Of a stretch of DNA of 64,000 nucleotides, positions 12,401 through 25,800 are shown in pieces (within the stretch, counting starts at the first letter, position 1; each line of letters begins with the position of its first letter). The stretch lies in assembly GCA_964199315.1 (NCBI GenBank), contig OZ116709.1:18972001-19036000 (forward strand). The letters are read 5' to 3'. The notes under the pieces are model-generated. The model saw only the letters and a list, made by a program, of their open reading frames with translations, had not been told where the DNA came from and searched no databases. The stretch is from Orbicella franksi (Eukaryota). Both the position numbers and the translations under genes were made by a program.

Positions 12401-13460
12401 ATATCTTTACCCTAGGGCTGTTCTGTACTGTACTAATTCAGTGTTTCAGCCAGAAAATTTTACTAGAGGGCCAAAGCGACCCCTGAAGATCTTTTTTAGG
12501 GGCCAATTTTTTAGGAAAGGGGCCAATAAATTGAAAGCTACCGAACAAAAAAATGCATCAGGGTACCAAGGAAAATAGAGCAGTTTATTAAGATTTATGA
12601 TAAATTTAATAGTAAGTGCTTTTTGAAATGTTTCTGCTTAATAAAGTTTCTTTTGAATTAGATACTGTTATGAAGGATCCGTGCATTACAAGAGAACAAT
12701 CCTTAGGGATATATGACGTAATCAATGATCAAGGGTTTGCAATGCATTAAAGGGCGATTTCAAACACCGTCATCAATTTGGAAGTTTTCCGATATGAGAG
12801 TATCAATACAGCAAAGCAAATGGACATATTGACTTCTTTTCTTATGTTGAATGTTTTAGAAACAAAGATCTTTCAATATCATATTCTAGAGGGACATAAT
12901 GTGTGACAAAATAACTGTTATTCATCCTCAACACAGAGAAATGTAGTCCGTATAATGGTGACTAAACCAGAATTTTGGTTGCCAAGGATGAAATGTTTGT
13001 TGCATTGGCAACCATATCGATCCCAATTTTGAGCCCTGTGATGGCTTTAAAAATATTACATGTATGCCTGTGTTAAGCCTGCAGTTTGTAATAGGAAAGG
13101 GCCAAATTGGCCCTTTTTTCGTTTTTCTGGGGGCCATCTCTGATTGTAACGTGGGATTCCCACAATGGCGCGCTCTGGCGGAAACACTGCTAATTCATAA
13201 TTTTAGTATGGCTTTGATGAAAAATACAGCAATTGAGTAAATGTTCACCTTAGGGGTACCATCAGGATGCCTGTATATCCAGATTTTTGGGGTGCCAGTC
13301 CTCTTGTCAGTCTGAACAAGCAAAGCAAGAAGTTGGATTATTTAGCATACTAACAAAAATTCCTATTTCACTCCAGATTTGATTAATCCTGCATGTGAAA
13401 ATGACTTTTTTTAAGTAGCAGTATAACATGCTCTTATGCTAAACATGACCCCCCACCCTC

Positions 13461-13496
<36 letters not shown>

Positions 13497-16400
13497 AAAT
13501 TCCCTCCATTCACTATAAATGAAAGTGTTTCATGGTATTAATCCTGCACTTAAATGTCATTGAGCCATATGTTTTGGTTGTAAATGTCTCCAAATGGTTT
13601 CTAATTAGCTTCTTTTCTTTGCTCCTCCAAAGTAGCTGCAGATGTATCTCTCATCATTTGGATCTTTATGACTGGTTCTTTCATCCCCATCTTGGCAACT
13701 GGTTTGAGTTTGTTCTTGCTTGAGGTTTGAAGAGAGATAATTGTATTGTATATTCATTAAAAGAACCCATTTGTCTACAAACTTACCTTTATAATACCGA
13801 TAGAACCAAAACGCTCTTTGATGGCCTCTTCTGTCACAGAGGGATGAAGATTGGACACAAACACTTGATCTGTCTCATATTCTTTTCCTGCAAAATAAAA
13901 CGATGAATTAAATCAATAATGTGGAAATTAATTCCATTATTACAAATTGATCTGCAAAAGGAAAAGTACCCACAAGTACTGAGAGATAGTTTTGATATTT
14001 TACAGGATGTGTGGCAGTAAGTAAGAAAACTAATATTTCAAATTCTGAGCTTGGAAATCAGAGGACCAAAACAAGTTAAACTTGGTTTTCATACTTCAGT
14101 TAACAAGACGTAAGTAAAGTAAATCAAAACTCTCAATACAAAATAATAAAGAAATATATAATTTACTGATATAGTTTGCATTCAAAGCTATTGAGGGACA
14201 CTCCTAGAGATCTATAGCATTGATCATAAAATGTTCAGAATGAATTTAAATCAAATGAACTAAAACATATTTAATACCATCTTGATGACCACCTCCGGAT
14301 GAATTACCTAGTAAAGGAAGCACACACAAAGGCTTTTAGTAATAATTTCAGCATTGCATTTCATCAACTTAAATGTCGTAGTTTAATTGACACCAAATTA
14401 CCAAAACCTTCCCAAAAATATAGTTCTCTGAAGACAAGCGCAAGATCAAACACCGTTTACCAATGTACAGTACACAAATTTATGTACACAGGTTTGGAAA
14501 AACTTGATCAAACCCACATTGCCATATGACGAGCAGTTTGATATTAATGTTGCAACCCCAAGAAAAAAGCAGATTCTGTCAAAACCAATGCAGATGTGCT
14601 TTTAAGAAGCCACACAGGTCTACCACAAGACATTGGATTGGCATAAATGTATGTCAGTTTCAAGGGAGTTAATCAGACATTAATGTGAACCACAACAAGG
14701 GCAATTTGTACAGAATCTGCAATTTTTACACGCTCTAGTACTACATGGCCCTAACCCCTGTTAAGCTACAATGCACATTGATATGGTAATTTTTGAGTAA
14801 GTAACATATCTTTTAAGGAAGACAGAGTGTAATCAACTTTTTTTCACTACAACCAACCCCACTTGGAATGCAAAGCTTTGAGAGCTTTGCACTGTTGCCA
14901 ATCAACAGAGTTTTGAATTAACCTTTGACATCCGCCTTTGCTAGTTTTCCTTCCCGAGGTGGAAAACTTTATTAACAACAATACAACCACAGTTAAAAGA
15001 GCTCCTTGAGTGCAACATTAACCCTCAGTTCAACGTTTACATCACACTCTCGGCAATGTCTGCAAGCTTATAGGTTTACTCATTATATCTGGAGGCTTGT
15101 TATATCCAAGTTAGATGAACCATGGTTGTACTGTTGTCAACAATTTTACCGTGCTGTTGTTGGCTTTAGCTGATGTCAAAAGTTGTTAAAAGAGCTTGTG
15201 AGTGGCAACAGGACAATCCCTTTCACATATCCTTTTCACTATATATAATACATCCTTAGCCCACACAAAATTGTTATTACATGTATATTACTTGTTGTTA
15301 GTTAGTTGCACATACTTGTAAATGACACTTAGTTGGAAACTACAGCACAAGGAACAAGGAACAAGCAATGACCAGTTAATGACACCATAACTGTCAACGC
15401 TTGTTACCTCATTAGACTGTAGTTCAAATTTGGTACCATTTAAAATATAAGAGTCATTAACATTAGGCTCAGTGCTGTAAAGGGCTAACATGCAAGCAAC
15501 AAAGTAGATTCTTTAAGCATGTATACAAGACAAGGACTCTGGAGCTCAGAGCTCAAGATGCAAGCCACTATCAGAGGTCATTATTTCTAATACCAGTGAC
15601 TGATTTCTTCAACTTGAAAGAAATCAGTTTTTGAACCTTTTTGGAAACCAGATTGATTCACCCACTTTGCAAGTATTACACATGATACCAAGGTGAGATT
15701 GTCTGTCAGTCAATGATTTTTCTTATAAACTAGCTCTACGAGATTCAAGAAGAAAACACATTACCCAGTAGTTGAGGTGTAACAGTTTCCACCATGTAAT
15801 GAGATGATTTGTTCTTAATTCAGTGACAATATTGCCCAACCAAGACGATGAATTTTTAACGCTTTGAGCTCAGATGGCATTTAATACTCGATATTGACCA
15901 ATGATAACACCAGCTTCATAGCCGACCGGCCGGCAGGCAGAGTGACTGAGTTACACCACAGACAGCATTTATAAAACAGCAGGACAGTGTCTGCGTCAGC
16001 ATGACTTACCATAACCCACATTACTATTGTATCCACCCGGTCGGCTACCTCCTCTGCCACTGTTTGTACCAACAAATCAATTCATTGATCAGAAGAGGAT
16101 ACTGTGGTGTATCACAGCACCTCAATCAACCAGTTTAGTAGCATGATTTAAACTAAATAACTTTAACTTCAGTAATGTTAAATTACAGATATGAACATGT
16201 TAAGGAACCCCGGGCACCCAATCAGTGATGTATGTGCTTGTTGACAACCCAAGATCTTGATTGAAACAAGTGAATGGACCAATGTTTTGTATTACCCTGC
16301 CCTTCAAGACTGTGTTTGTCTTTACCTTACTTCGATTACAATTTGAGCAAGGCATGACAGAAGTTTGGAGACCAGGTTTTAACATTTGAATCATGTTGTT

Positions 16401-19400
16401 ATGAGTAACAGCTCCACTTTTGATGGCAACTTGTCGGCCTTTGATGTCATTTAGCAGCAAAATGCACGAAATTGAAGACGCCAATATTATTACCATTGGA
16501 AACGAGGGAAGTTGCCCATGGCAACATCAACATTTTAAGGCCAAAACTTTGTCACCAAGGCTCCGCCACAACTTACTTCACTGATAATCATAGTAAACAA
16601 ATAGCAAACTTGGAAGAAGAAAAAAAAAACCTTGAATGGAGAAAAACATCTGCACAGAAAGATCAATTTCTTTCAAATCATTGCCATTCAATAGAGTGGT
16701 CCAATCAGAACACAATTTCTTATGCATCTTTGTAGTTTGCTTTTATAAGCTTCAAAGACCATTTTGGTACTCACAGATTGGAATGCAACTAGCTTGCACT
16801 GGAGGCTAAAGCTGAGCAAACTTTTCAAATGACAAGAAGCTTTTTTTTGTACTCCCCACATATTAATGTCCAATGCAAGCTAGATCCAGTCCAGTCCTGA
16901 AAATACAAAAATGGGGTATTGGCCAACTTTGGTTTGGTAATGGCCAACTTTGGTTTAGATTTTAAGAAAGCCTCCACTGCATCCAGCTGCAAAATGCTTT
17001 CTGTTAGCACTCTCACAGCACTAACCAAAGTTGCTTGATAAATTCAGCTATTCCATGCTGATGTTATTCTGTTTCTTACTTTCTCATAGAGAATTCCCAG
17101 GCTTGTGTCTATATATGGTAGCTCAATTTGTTTTCTAGGTCAGGGTGATTTCAACCTACACTGTAGGTTAATTTTTTATCAAAGGGGAAGGATGCATCTG
17201 GGACCAATAACTTATTACACCAATAAATATAAGCTTGCATGGCCTAGTGGAGATGAAAGTGGACTATAAAGTCACTGATCAGGTGTTCAAATCTTGGTGA
17301 ATCCAAAATAAAAAAAAAGATCTGTAAGGGATCCTGGCAGAGTAGCTGAGGGTTACGCTCAGATGGGGGTGGTGTGTGACAGTACATGTATGTCATTCTT
17401 TTAAAGGCCCCAAAGAGTGGGAACAAAAGTGGTTTGAAAACTTTAACCTTGATTGAAACAAATTATGATTAATCGAGGTTGAAATCATTCTGACCTAAAG
17501 AACAAATTTGACAGTAGGGAAGTTCTCTCCAAGTACCCTTTACAGTAATCACTCACCTCCAAAATCCAATTATTTTCAAATTTTGAAGGTTACAATTTAT
17601 CAACATTTCTACTGGTCAGAAACAGTTACAGAAATTGACTTCTTCTTTTCCTTTTCTCATTTGGTAAGGAGGGGACCATTATTCAAACACTCCACACACT
17701 GATCACTCCAAATAATTTAACTGATATCACGGGGGACTACCAATCATTGAATTCTTTCCCTCAGTGGCCTTCTGGTACTGTTAGTTTCATGTGAAAAACA
17801 TAACGATTCACGATTTGGTTTGTCAAGACCCCAGTAGTTAAATGGTCAAGGGTTCAAACCTTTTACTTTTTAATAAAAGGAATATGTTACATTCCCTCTG
17901 TTCCAGCTAAGTTAAGTTGGCCTAACATGGTTTAAGTGAGGTTACCCTTTACCCTCCAACACCCAGTGAGATCAAAACTGGTCAAGAGTTTGCTTCTTCA
18001 TAAAACGAATAAACCACACCCACTATAACGCTCAACAACAACCAATTGACTACTTACTGTCAGATCCAAAAAGGGAGCACAGAAGAAATTTCAAGGAGTT
18101 TTAGATTGCATTTAGGAACATTTTATACCCTGCATCTAAGGTTCAGCTGACCCAAAAAGAGAAAACTCTTTTTGTTGTTGTTGTCAAAAATGGAGATGTG
18201 ACAAAATGAGGCTTGTTATAGAAAATTTCATTCCATTTTTCATTTCAAACTTCCACTATTTGAAATCAGTTCAATCATGAGCTGGAAGGTTAATCAGGTT
18301 CATGGTGTGTGGCATTGTGTGCTAGGCACATGAGAATGAGAACAGGCTAAAAAATGACTTTGTTGAATTAAGTCTCACTCTCAATATTGTGCATTTCATC
18401 TAAACAATGGAAGTTTGAAATCGAGATTAACACCCCATCTCTGCAGCAATTTTGCTTTGGGACAACCAGACTGCATTTGCCTTAACCAAAACTTTGTAAT
18501 CTGGCCTTCAAAGGCTAACATAGGGAACAAGAGCTGGAGCTGAGGAAAAAGCATTTTTGTGTGGTCTGTTGTGGTAACTCTTTTGTTGCAAAGTTTGAAT
18601 CTGTTGCACGATGTTTTTTGACCCAGGCATTGCTACAAGATCGATGAAATATCTTTTCATGGTAACATGGTGAACAAAGGGTGACCAGAAAAGGATTTAC
18701 CGAAATTTCACAAAGAGAACTTGTCATGTCAACCAGTGAAGGCAAAATATTACAGAACCTTGGTATGAGAAGCAGTCACATAGACTATGTGTGACTGTAC
18801 AAAACAAACATAACATTTTATAAGCCCATGTGGCATTTCAATCAAAACTATGTATCAAGTGGTGACCAGGTAGTAACTTGAACATCTCCCTCAAAGCAGT
18901 GTCTGACTAATTTCCATGGATGGAAAAACAAATAGCAATTTACTTGGAACAAGAGTCAGATTATTTCCAGACTCCAAGACTGTTTCTGGACTCCATTTTT
19001 TTTCACACCCAAAATCTTGCTACATCAGACCACACATACCATGGTGTAGTGCAGTGCAGGTGAGTATGGAATGTTTCTGTTCAATTCTTTTCACTTTTTT
19101 TTAAACCATGCATCTCTATTAGTAACATATTTTAAGAAGGGCGCAGAGTATGTGAAAATCGCATTCTTTTTGTTGGAAAGAGTGCACTTATAGGGCTGTA
19201 GAACTACTCTAGGAGATGTTGAAGTTACCGACGTTTTTTAATAAAGTAACTGAAGTCATTAAGGAAAATGGTAAAAACCCTTTGAGGCCACTGAAACTGG
19301 CAGAGTAAGGTGGCAAGAACATATGGTTCTAAACATGGCAATAACTTTAACTACAACATGCAACAGGTTTCTACCATTTCCTAGTGAGATAATGGGATGT

Positions 19401-22400
19401 ATGACAACATTACAGTTTATAACTGCAAGCTTTGCTCCGTAGAGCAGAAGTACCTGTGATCATAATCATGACATTTGATTGTCAGTAACCAGATAAATGC
19501 ATTCAATACCCAAATCATTTTGTACAAGAACTAGACAGGCTCATTTCTACATTCTATATTCATTTGACAATCAAACACTTGTGCGCTGACATTAACAAAA
19601 TCTTCTACCCTCACAAAAACAATGTTTTGAGACCAAAAGACCGGAGTGGTGTTCACAACAAAAGCTGAAATGTTATCCCATAGAACAGCTCCAGTTTCTT
19701 TAGTATCCACAAGTTATACCAAGTCATTCTTGAAAATTTTGTTCACAGTAACATTTGTTTAACCTTTTTGTATTATTCAACAGGTTTCCAAGATTACACC
19801 CAAAGGACTTTCAAGGGCAAATTTTTAGTACCAACTGTAAAATAACCTTTGATTCCTTACAGTGTTTATAGATGCATCAACTAATTCAAGTGAAGTGTCA
19901 TGGATCAATACATGCAAATGCAGAATTGGCTCTCCATTTATCATCATTGCATAGTTCTCCTAATAGAACACAACAGTTATTTGAACACTTTCAGCTACTG
20001 TTTCATCTTCTCGCACTTGTATCTGCTTCTGTTAGTCAGAACAGTGTTAGGTTTTGCCAGGTGAACATCAAAATCATTAAGATCTGGCCTACAGCATGTA
20101 CACGATCATCCAATGACACTTCTATGTGACTAACAAAAGAACCACAATAAGGTGATATAATGAAAGTCTGAACCTACCCTCTTCCACCGCCTCCATAGCC
20201 ACCACCACCTTGGCCATAGGAAGAGCTCTGCTGTCCATATCCACCGCCACCACCACTGCCGCCTCCACCACTACCGCGGCCACTACCTTGATACCCACCA
20301 CTTTGGTAACCTCCACCACTGCTTTGGCTGCTGCCATAGCCCCCCTGGCCACTGGACTGATACCCTCCACTCTGATCATATCCATGTGGCTGTTGGTAAC
20401 TCGATCCACCGCTGGCCTGTGTGTAGCCACCACTCTGGGGTTGTTGACTATATCCCTGATACTGAGTGGAAGATGCTGCTGGATAGCTGCTTGCACTACT
20501 GTCTGCCTGATACCCTGGATAGGATGTGGCAGAGGTCTGGTACCCAGGTGCTGCACCATATGCTGGGGCTGCTGGCTGAGCAGGGGCCTGGTAACCAGTT
20601 GATTGATAAGAACTTGTGGGAGCCTGGTAACCAGTTGATTGGTAACTCTGTGCTCCAGCATAACTAATGACCAAAAAATCAAAGAATCTATTTCAATATA
20701 GGCTTTGCTGGTTAACATCAATTCTCTTTTATTCCTTGTATTAGTAGCAGGGTAAAAATACTGTAAACATTGCTTAAGTCACACATATACTATTGATTTT
20801 GTTGTTGGTCAAGCAGTGTATTCAAATGTCAAATTCAGTGTATTGATCTAGTTTTCTTTTTGGACAAGTTATGGTCTTGCTGTGTAGAGAGGTGAAAACA
20901 TGCACTACCATATCACACTGGGATGTGTTATTTGTCTCAGTTGTTATGCTTAGATGGAAGCAACAATCATTCTGACTTAGCTACAGTTTTACATTCTAAA
21001 AAAAGATCAAAGTGAAAAGTTCAAGCAAACTTATATCATACAAAGATTTAAATTGTCAAAGTTAAAGGTTATACGGCTTAATTTGGAATTAAAGTTCCTC
21101 TTGGACAAGAGTACGGGACCGGTATGTAACAATCTTTTAGCCTGAGTCACAGCCGCCCCTCCCTGAAAGAAAAAATTGGAGAGCATCTCTCTCCAATTTT
21201 GCTTTCCAGCAGGGATAGCTGTAACACAGCCTGACAATTTTTCTATAGTAATGGTCTAAAATAATGGTTTTCTCCCAACAATGCTTACCCAGTGGCTCCA
21301 GAACTTCCACCATACATGGCTGCTCCACCACCTTGGGTATATCCACCCCCATCTGAAAACAAAAAAAACATGATACACATGCTACTTTGGCAAACTAGGA
21401 GTAATGTAAGAACAGTTTTAAAACATGAGGCACCCATACAGGTCACTGAAATATAAACATGTTCAGCCTAAAAAATCAACCTACTTTGTCAAAGAATGGC
21501 TCAGGGCAAAATTATGATTTCTGGTTAACCCGAAATGTGAATTTCATTTCAAACTCATAATTTGAGGGAGAATTGAAACAGTTCAATGTTTGTTTGGCAC
21601 TATGGAAAAAGGGACCACTGTCAAATCATGTCTTAAAAACCTTGTAATTTAAAGTAAAAGCACCCAAAGGTGAAAGACTGCTGCCGACTCTCATTGTTCA
21701 TTGCCAAAAATTTGAGAGGTCTGCATTTTCAGCTGCAAGAACTGCTTACTATCTAGCAACTGTGAATATTGTGCCAGTTACATTTGCAAGCAAAAAAGGC
21801 AAACAAATTTGTGAATAAAGTTTTCAGATGTAGCCAAATTGGACAAATTGATCATCACTGGAGTAAAAAGAAGAAAATATAAGTCTTAGGCATTAAATGC
21901 TGCAGAAATTGGAGAGCCAACACTGGAAAGCAGTAGTAGTAGTAGTAAAATAGCTTACAGGTTGATATTATGACAAAATATCAAAAATTGTCATAAAAGT
22001 CTTTGGAGAAACAGACGTTTCGGTTGTATAACTCTTTTTCAGTGTTCAGAAAACCGTTATAGTAGTAGTAAGCCTACAATTGACTACCTGCCAAGATTCA
22101 GTTTTGAACAAATACTACGTATCACTGAAATAAAGCTTTATATGTACTGCATCAGCAGGCGGGCAGCACCAGATGTGCTACACGGGATAAGAAACTTATA
22201 TCTAACCACAAGATAAGACTTAGCATTGAGCGGAAACAACGTGCATTCGAAGAACCACAGATTATTCCCTGACGCCAAATGAGCGGTTAAGTTTACTTTA
22301 CTTATAAGCTTATATTTATTGCGTAAGTCGCACTGCATTCTTTCTCAGTGTTTCTTACACACAGTGCAAACTTTTAAACGTTTGACAGCATACGTTTTAA

Positions 22401-22561
22401 GCGTAAATGTTGAAATTTCACAGTCATAGCCATGTCCAATTTCATTGATTTGTCAGATTTGATACCACACGACAAACGTTGTGCGGCCAGGATTCTTTGC
22501 AAACTTAAACAATAAGCGACCTTAAAAGCACCAAAAATAACTTACATCCTTGATCAGCCAT
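9462..22561 (-). CDS. FET-family RNA-binding protein (FUS/EWSR1/TAF15/cabeza-like), 12 coding exons, 452 aa
   Basis: Exons in transcription order: 22561-22546, 21352-21289, 20663-20178, 16059-16010, 13887-13787, 13311-13249, 12077-12014, 11916-11830, 11318-11171, 10410-10334, 9802-9640, 9501-9462 (1359 nt, all GT-AG, in frame). Domains: SYGQ-rich N-terminus; RRM (VFVSNL...FGSIGIIK TDKRTGTPKIWIY...GDATVTYDDPPTASAAIEWFNG); RGG boxes; RanBP2 finger RAGDWDCSSCGNMNFARRDTCNRC; C-terminal PY-NLS RRDRPY. Confidence 0.95.
11484..11650 (+). mobile_element. Degenerate copy of the CORE-like SINE
   Basis: taatgctgggaggtaacccttggatggactatcctcccatccagggaggagtag resembles the 3' half of 48240-48544. Confidence 0.65.
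12439..13189. mobile_element. Non-autonomous DNA transposon (751 bp), TIR CAGTGTTTC(A/C)GCCAGA, 6-bp TSD CTAATT (hAT6-like)
   Basis: TIRs at both ends. CTAATT occurs at 12433-12438 and 13190-13195. Confidence 0.8.
13463..13496. repeat. (CA)n microsatellite
   Basis: Direct reading of the sequence. Confidence 0.95.
16200..16620. repeat. Old dispersed repeat, with a related copy at about 36240-36420
   Basis: Shared string ttacca(t/g)ttg(g/a)aacgagg.aagtt.cc...caccaa.gctccg.c....ctta.t..actgataatcatagta. Confidence 0.6.
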
Positions 22562-22818
22562 TGCGAAACCCTTGGGATATCAAATGCTCCGATAAAAGGA
22601 AGAAAATTCTCTCGTAAATTCAGCAATAATGGAAGTAACGAGAAGGCACACCACGCTTTCCCATCCTGCCTCGTTTCCGTACCGTGACGTCATTCACTCG
22701 TCTCAGTCCACTGAGCGCGCTTTCTCAAAATACTTTCTTGATGACTGTGGGTCTTTCGCTTCTATAATTGCTACATTATCAGGCCGAAACATTCTTTTCA
22801 CCTCCTTCTTTGCCTGTT
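22562..22818. promoter_or_regulatory. Bidirectional promoter/5'UTR interval between the FET gene and RNF34/RFFL
   Basis: The two ATGs are divergent and 257 bp apart. A palindromic CRE-like TGACGTCA is at 22685-22692, and the interval is CpG-enriched. Confidence 0.75.
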
Positions 22819-25800
22819 ATGGGCGCTGGTGGTGTCAGTGGGGAGCTAAGAGATCATTCAGAGCACGTGGATGCGATATTGCGCTCACATTTTAATGTAA
22901 CTAACGGCCGACCTTCGAACCTATCTTCTGCTTCGCCCCGGCCGAGTGGAGCTTCGAGTAGCAATTTCACTTTTTCGGAGGACGTTCTCGAAGAAATGGC
23001 TTGTTTCAGCTGCAGCTCCAATTTCACGCTCTTCAAAAGGAAGGTAATAACCAAGTTTCAGCGATTTGCTCTTGTATTAGATTGTTTTGATCATAATTTG
23101 TTGGCATGCCATGTCGAGTTGTCAAGGCTTTAAATTATGAATTTCATCCTCCACAGAAAGTTGTTTTCAGGTGCAGCGGTGGTCCGCTAGACCTTTCATT
23201 ATAGGCTCGGAAGATTTATATTTTTAGTCGCGAATAATAAAGTAATTCCTGTAAACAGCAGTCAGCTTCAAAGCTTATCAATTTTATGGAATTCTTAATT
23301 TAAAATTAAGCTGAAGCTTCAATGATACGCCATCTCGAAAATATACACACTGAACACGAAGCAAGCATTTTTACCTTATTTTGATACTTCAGTTCCCTGA
23401 TCTAATAGTCCGCTTCTGTTTATTTTAGCGAAAACGTATGACAGGACTGTTTTTGATTTACACGAGGAAGAATTTATGTAAAGCGAAAGCGTAACAACAA
23501 GGAACTATTAAGTTTTATTAATAACCTCAAGTTTATTTACCCATAAACAAACATAATACGGTTATCGCTTTTAACGATCGCCATCAAATATTAACACTGA
23601 TGTTGGTCTGTTTCCATTCTGGGTATGAAAGCGTGATATTAGGGCCAGTTAATATTGCATGTTTTCCTTTAGTGTTTTGACAACTCCTTGTTAAATGATA
23701 ATAATGTAAAAAAGCTGTGGGTGAGTGTTTAGAACAAATTTGCATTTGATCAGTGTTTTTCGATTCTTTCTTCGCCAAAAGCGTTGTGTCCTGAGATGTG
23801 TACCGCACATGATGTTTGTGTTATGTCTGAGAGAAAGAAAATCCGTGATTAACCTCTCATGAAATAAATATTTCTTTGCCTTTAGTGTTAGATCTTTGCA
23901 TTAGCAATAAGCTGCGGTCTGCCCTAAGCGTGTATATTTGATTGGTTCTCGCATCCTTGACTTTTACTGATAGCCATAATTTGCGTGCAGGTTGTTACAT
24001 GTAGAATTTTAAATCCCTATTATTTTCTGATCCCAAGAAATAATAGAAAATATTTCTTGCTAACCAACTGTCACCATAAATTTGTGTGGTTAGACTGTGG
24101 AAAATTTCAACAAGCCCATTTTCCATATTGAAATGTAGCAAATCATCAGTACGATCTCATTATCTAATGATATAGTTAGTTTTCCTATCTTATTTATTGT
24201 ACCCTTCCCTTGTCTTGTGGTCAGGCCTATATTCATCAGATATTTTGACTTTGTGATAATGAATACTTGTGACACGTCAGACCTGTGAAGTCTAGTCTAC
24301 TTGGAAAAAGTTTTGTGTAGAGAAATCTCTTTGAATGTGTCCAAACCTGAGCAGTTGTTAAATTCTGAAAAGAAAAAAAATGTCTGAAAGTTCAATTTGG
24401 AAAGGACAAATCATTAAGACACTTAATGTACTAGATAAAGTGAAAGGAATCAGATAGGGAAATGAAATATATTTTAAAATTTCTACAATCAATTAAATGC
24501 TTTGTGCAACATCATATTCCACCATTGCTAGTCGTCTGTTAGTTTACATACAGACAGGTGAAGTCACATATGGTGGGAAATGGTCAGGTGTGTGTGATTT
24601 AGATGGATCTTTTGAAAATGGCTTAACCTTATCAGGTCTTAAACACAGAGGCAAACTTTGATCCCTACTGGAATTGGAAAAAATCCTTTAAAATATTCAA
24701 TCCTGTGTTTGATGCAATGTTTCAGCTTGGCCAAGGGACTCTTCAGAGACCTTTCAGAATTCAGCAGAATTCAATATTCTGACCTTTACCTTTGTTTTGT
24801 TTCTGGTCAACAAAGTAGACTCTTTTTTCAGGCTTGCCTTAAGCTATTTTTTCACAAGTATTGATTTTTGACAACCCTGTGTTTATTTGTAAAGCAAACA
24901 GGATGAACTTTTTGGCATCTGAGCAAATCTGTAAAATAGGAAGTAAAAATTTTTGTCTGGTGTAAAGCAACTTGCAAATTAAAATACAGTGATTGATTAA
25001 TTAATTAATTAATTAATTAATTAATTAATTAATTATAATTATAAAACTCACTTCTACCACTTCACTAATAGTGTTTTTCATCCTGCTTTTGGCTACATGT
25101 ATACATACTTACAACTTTATTTCACCTTGGATTTTTGAGTAGTAACAAAATGCCATTATCTCCAAGAAATGGTTCCAAGATATATGTACATACAAATATG
25201 ACTTAAGATTCAATTCAAGAATTGAGTAATGTCAGTGAATTGAATCACAGAAATTGAATAATAGTAATCAATGATTGCACAGAAGATCAAATTGTTCACA
25301 AATTCACAAGAAACCTAGGTTAGTTCCTGCTAATTATTGCTCTCAGATTATTTATCTTCTGCTATTTTTAGTCTGAGTTTTTGTCATCATGCAGCCGAGT
25401 ACACATCTGAGATAAATTTGTTTTGGGGGTTAAAAAGAATAAAATTTACATGTACACCACCCACCTCTCTCAGTTCCTAATCCTACCTTATTCTGGCAGG
25501 ACCTCATATCAGCCCTCTTAACTCTAATCCCCCCAGATACTGTTTTATTATTTTCTTGCACTCACCTAGATTTCTGACTTTGTAGTCCAACTTCATCTCC
25601 ACTAGGCCACACAAGCAATCATTGCAAATTCACTCAAATTTGTTGGTATTTTAAGTCAATGATCCCAGACTCACCCTTCCCCTTTGACTGAAATTAATCT
25701 ATGATATGGTATTTAAGGAAATTCACATGAAAATTTTCCAGTTGATTGATTTTTTCCTTAATTTTTAGTGCAGTCAGATATTGAGTTACTTGAGTCAGAA

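Noticed and set aside
13605-13718. Possible alternative terminal exon (37 codons then TAA) 68 nt after the first RRM exon
   Set aside because: The acceptor would be a weak AAG and the peptide resembles nothing known, so it is compatible with chance.
21731-21858. Possible intronic C/D snoRNA on the minus strand (GTGATGA...CTGA)
   Set aside because: There is no terminal stem, the spacing is atypical, and it overlaps repeat-like sequence.
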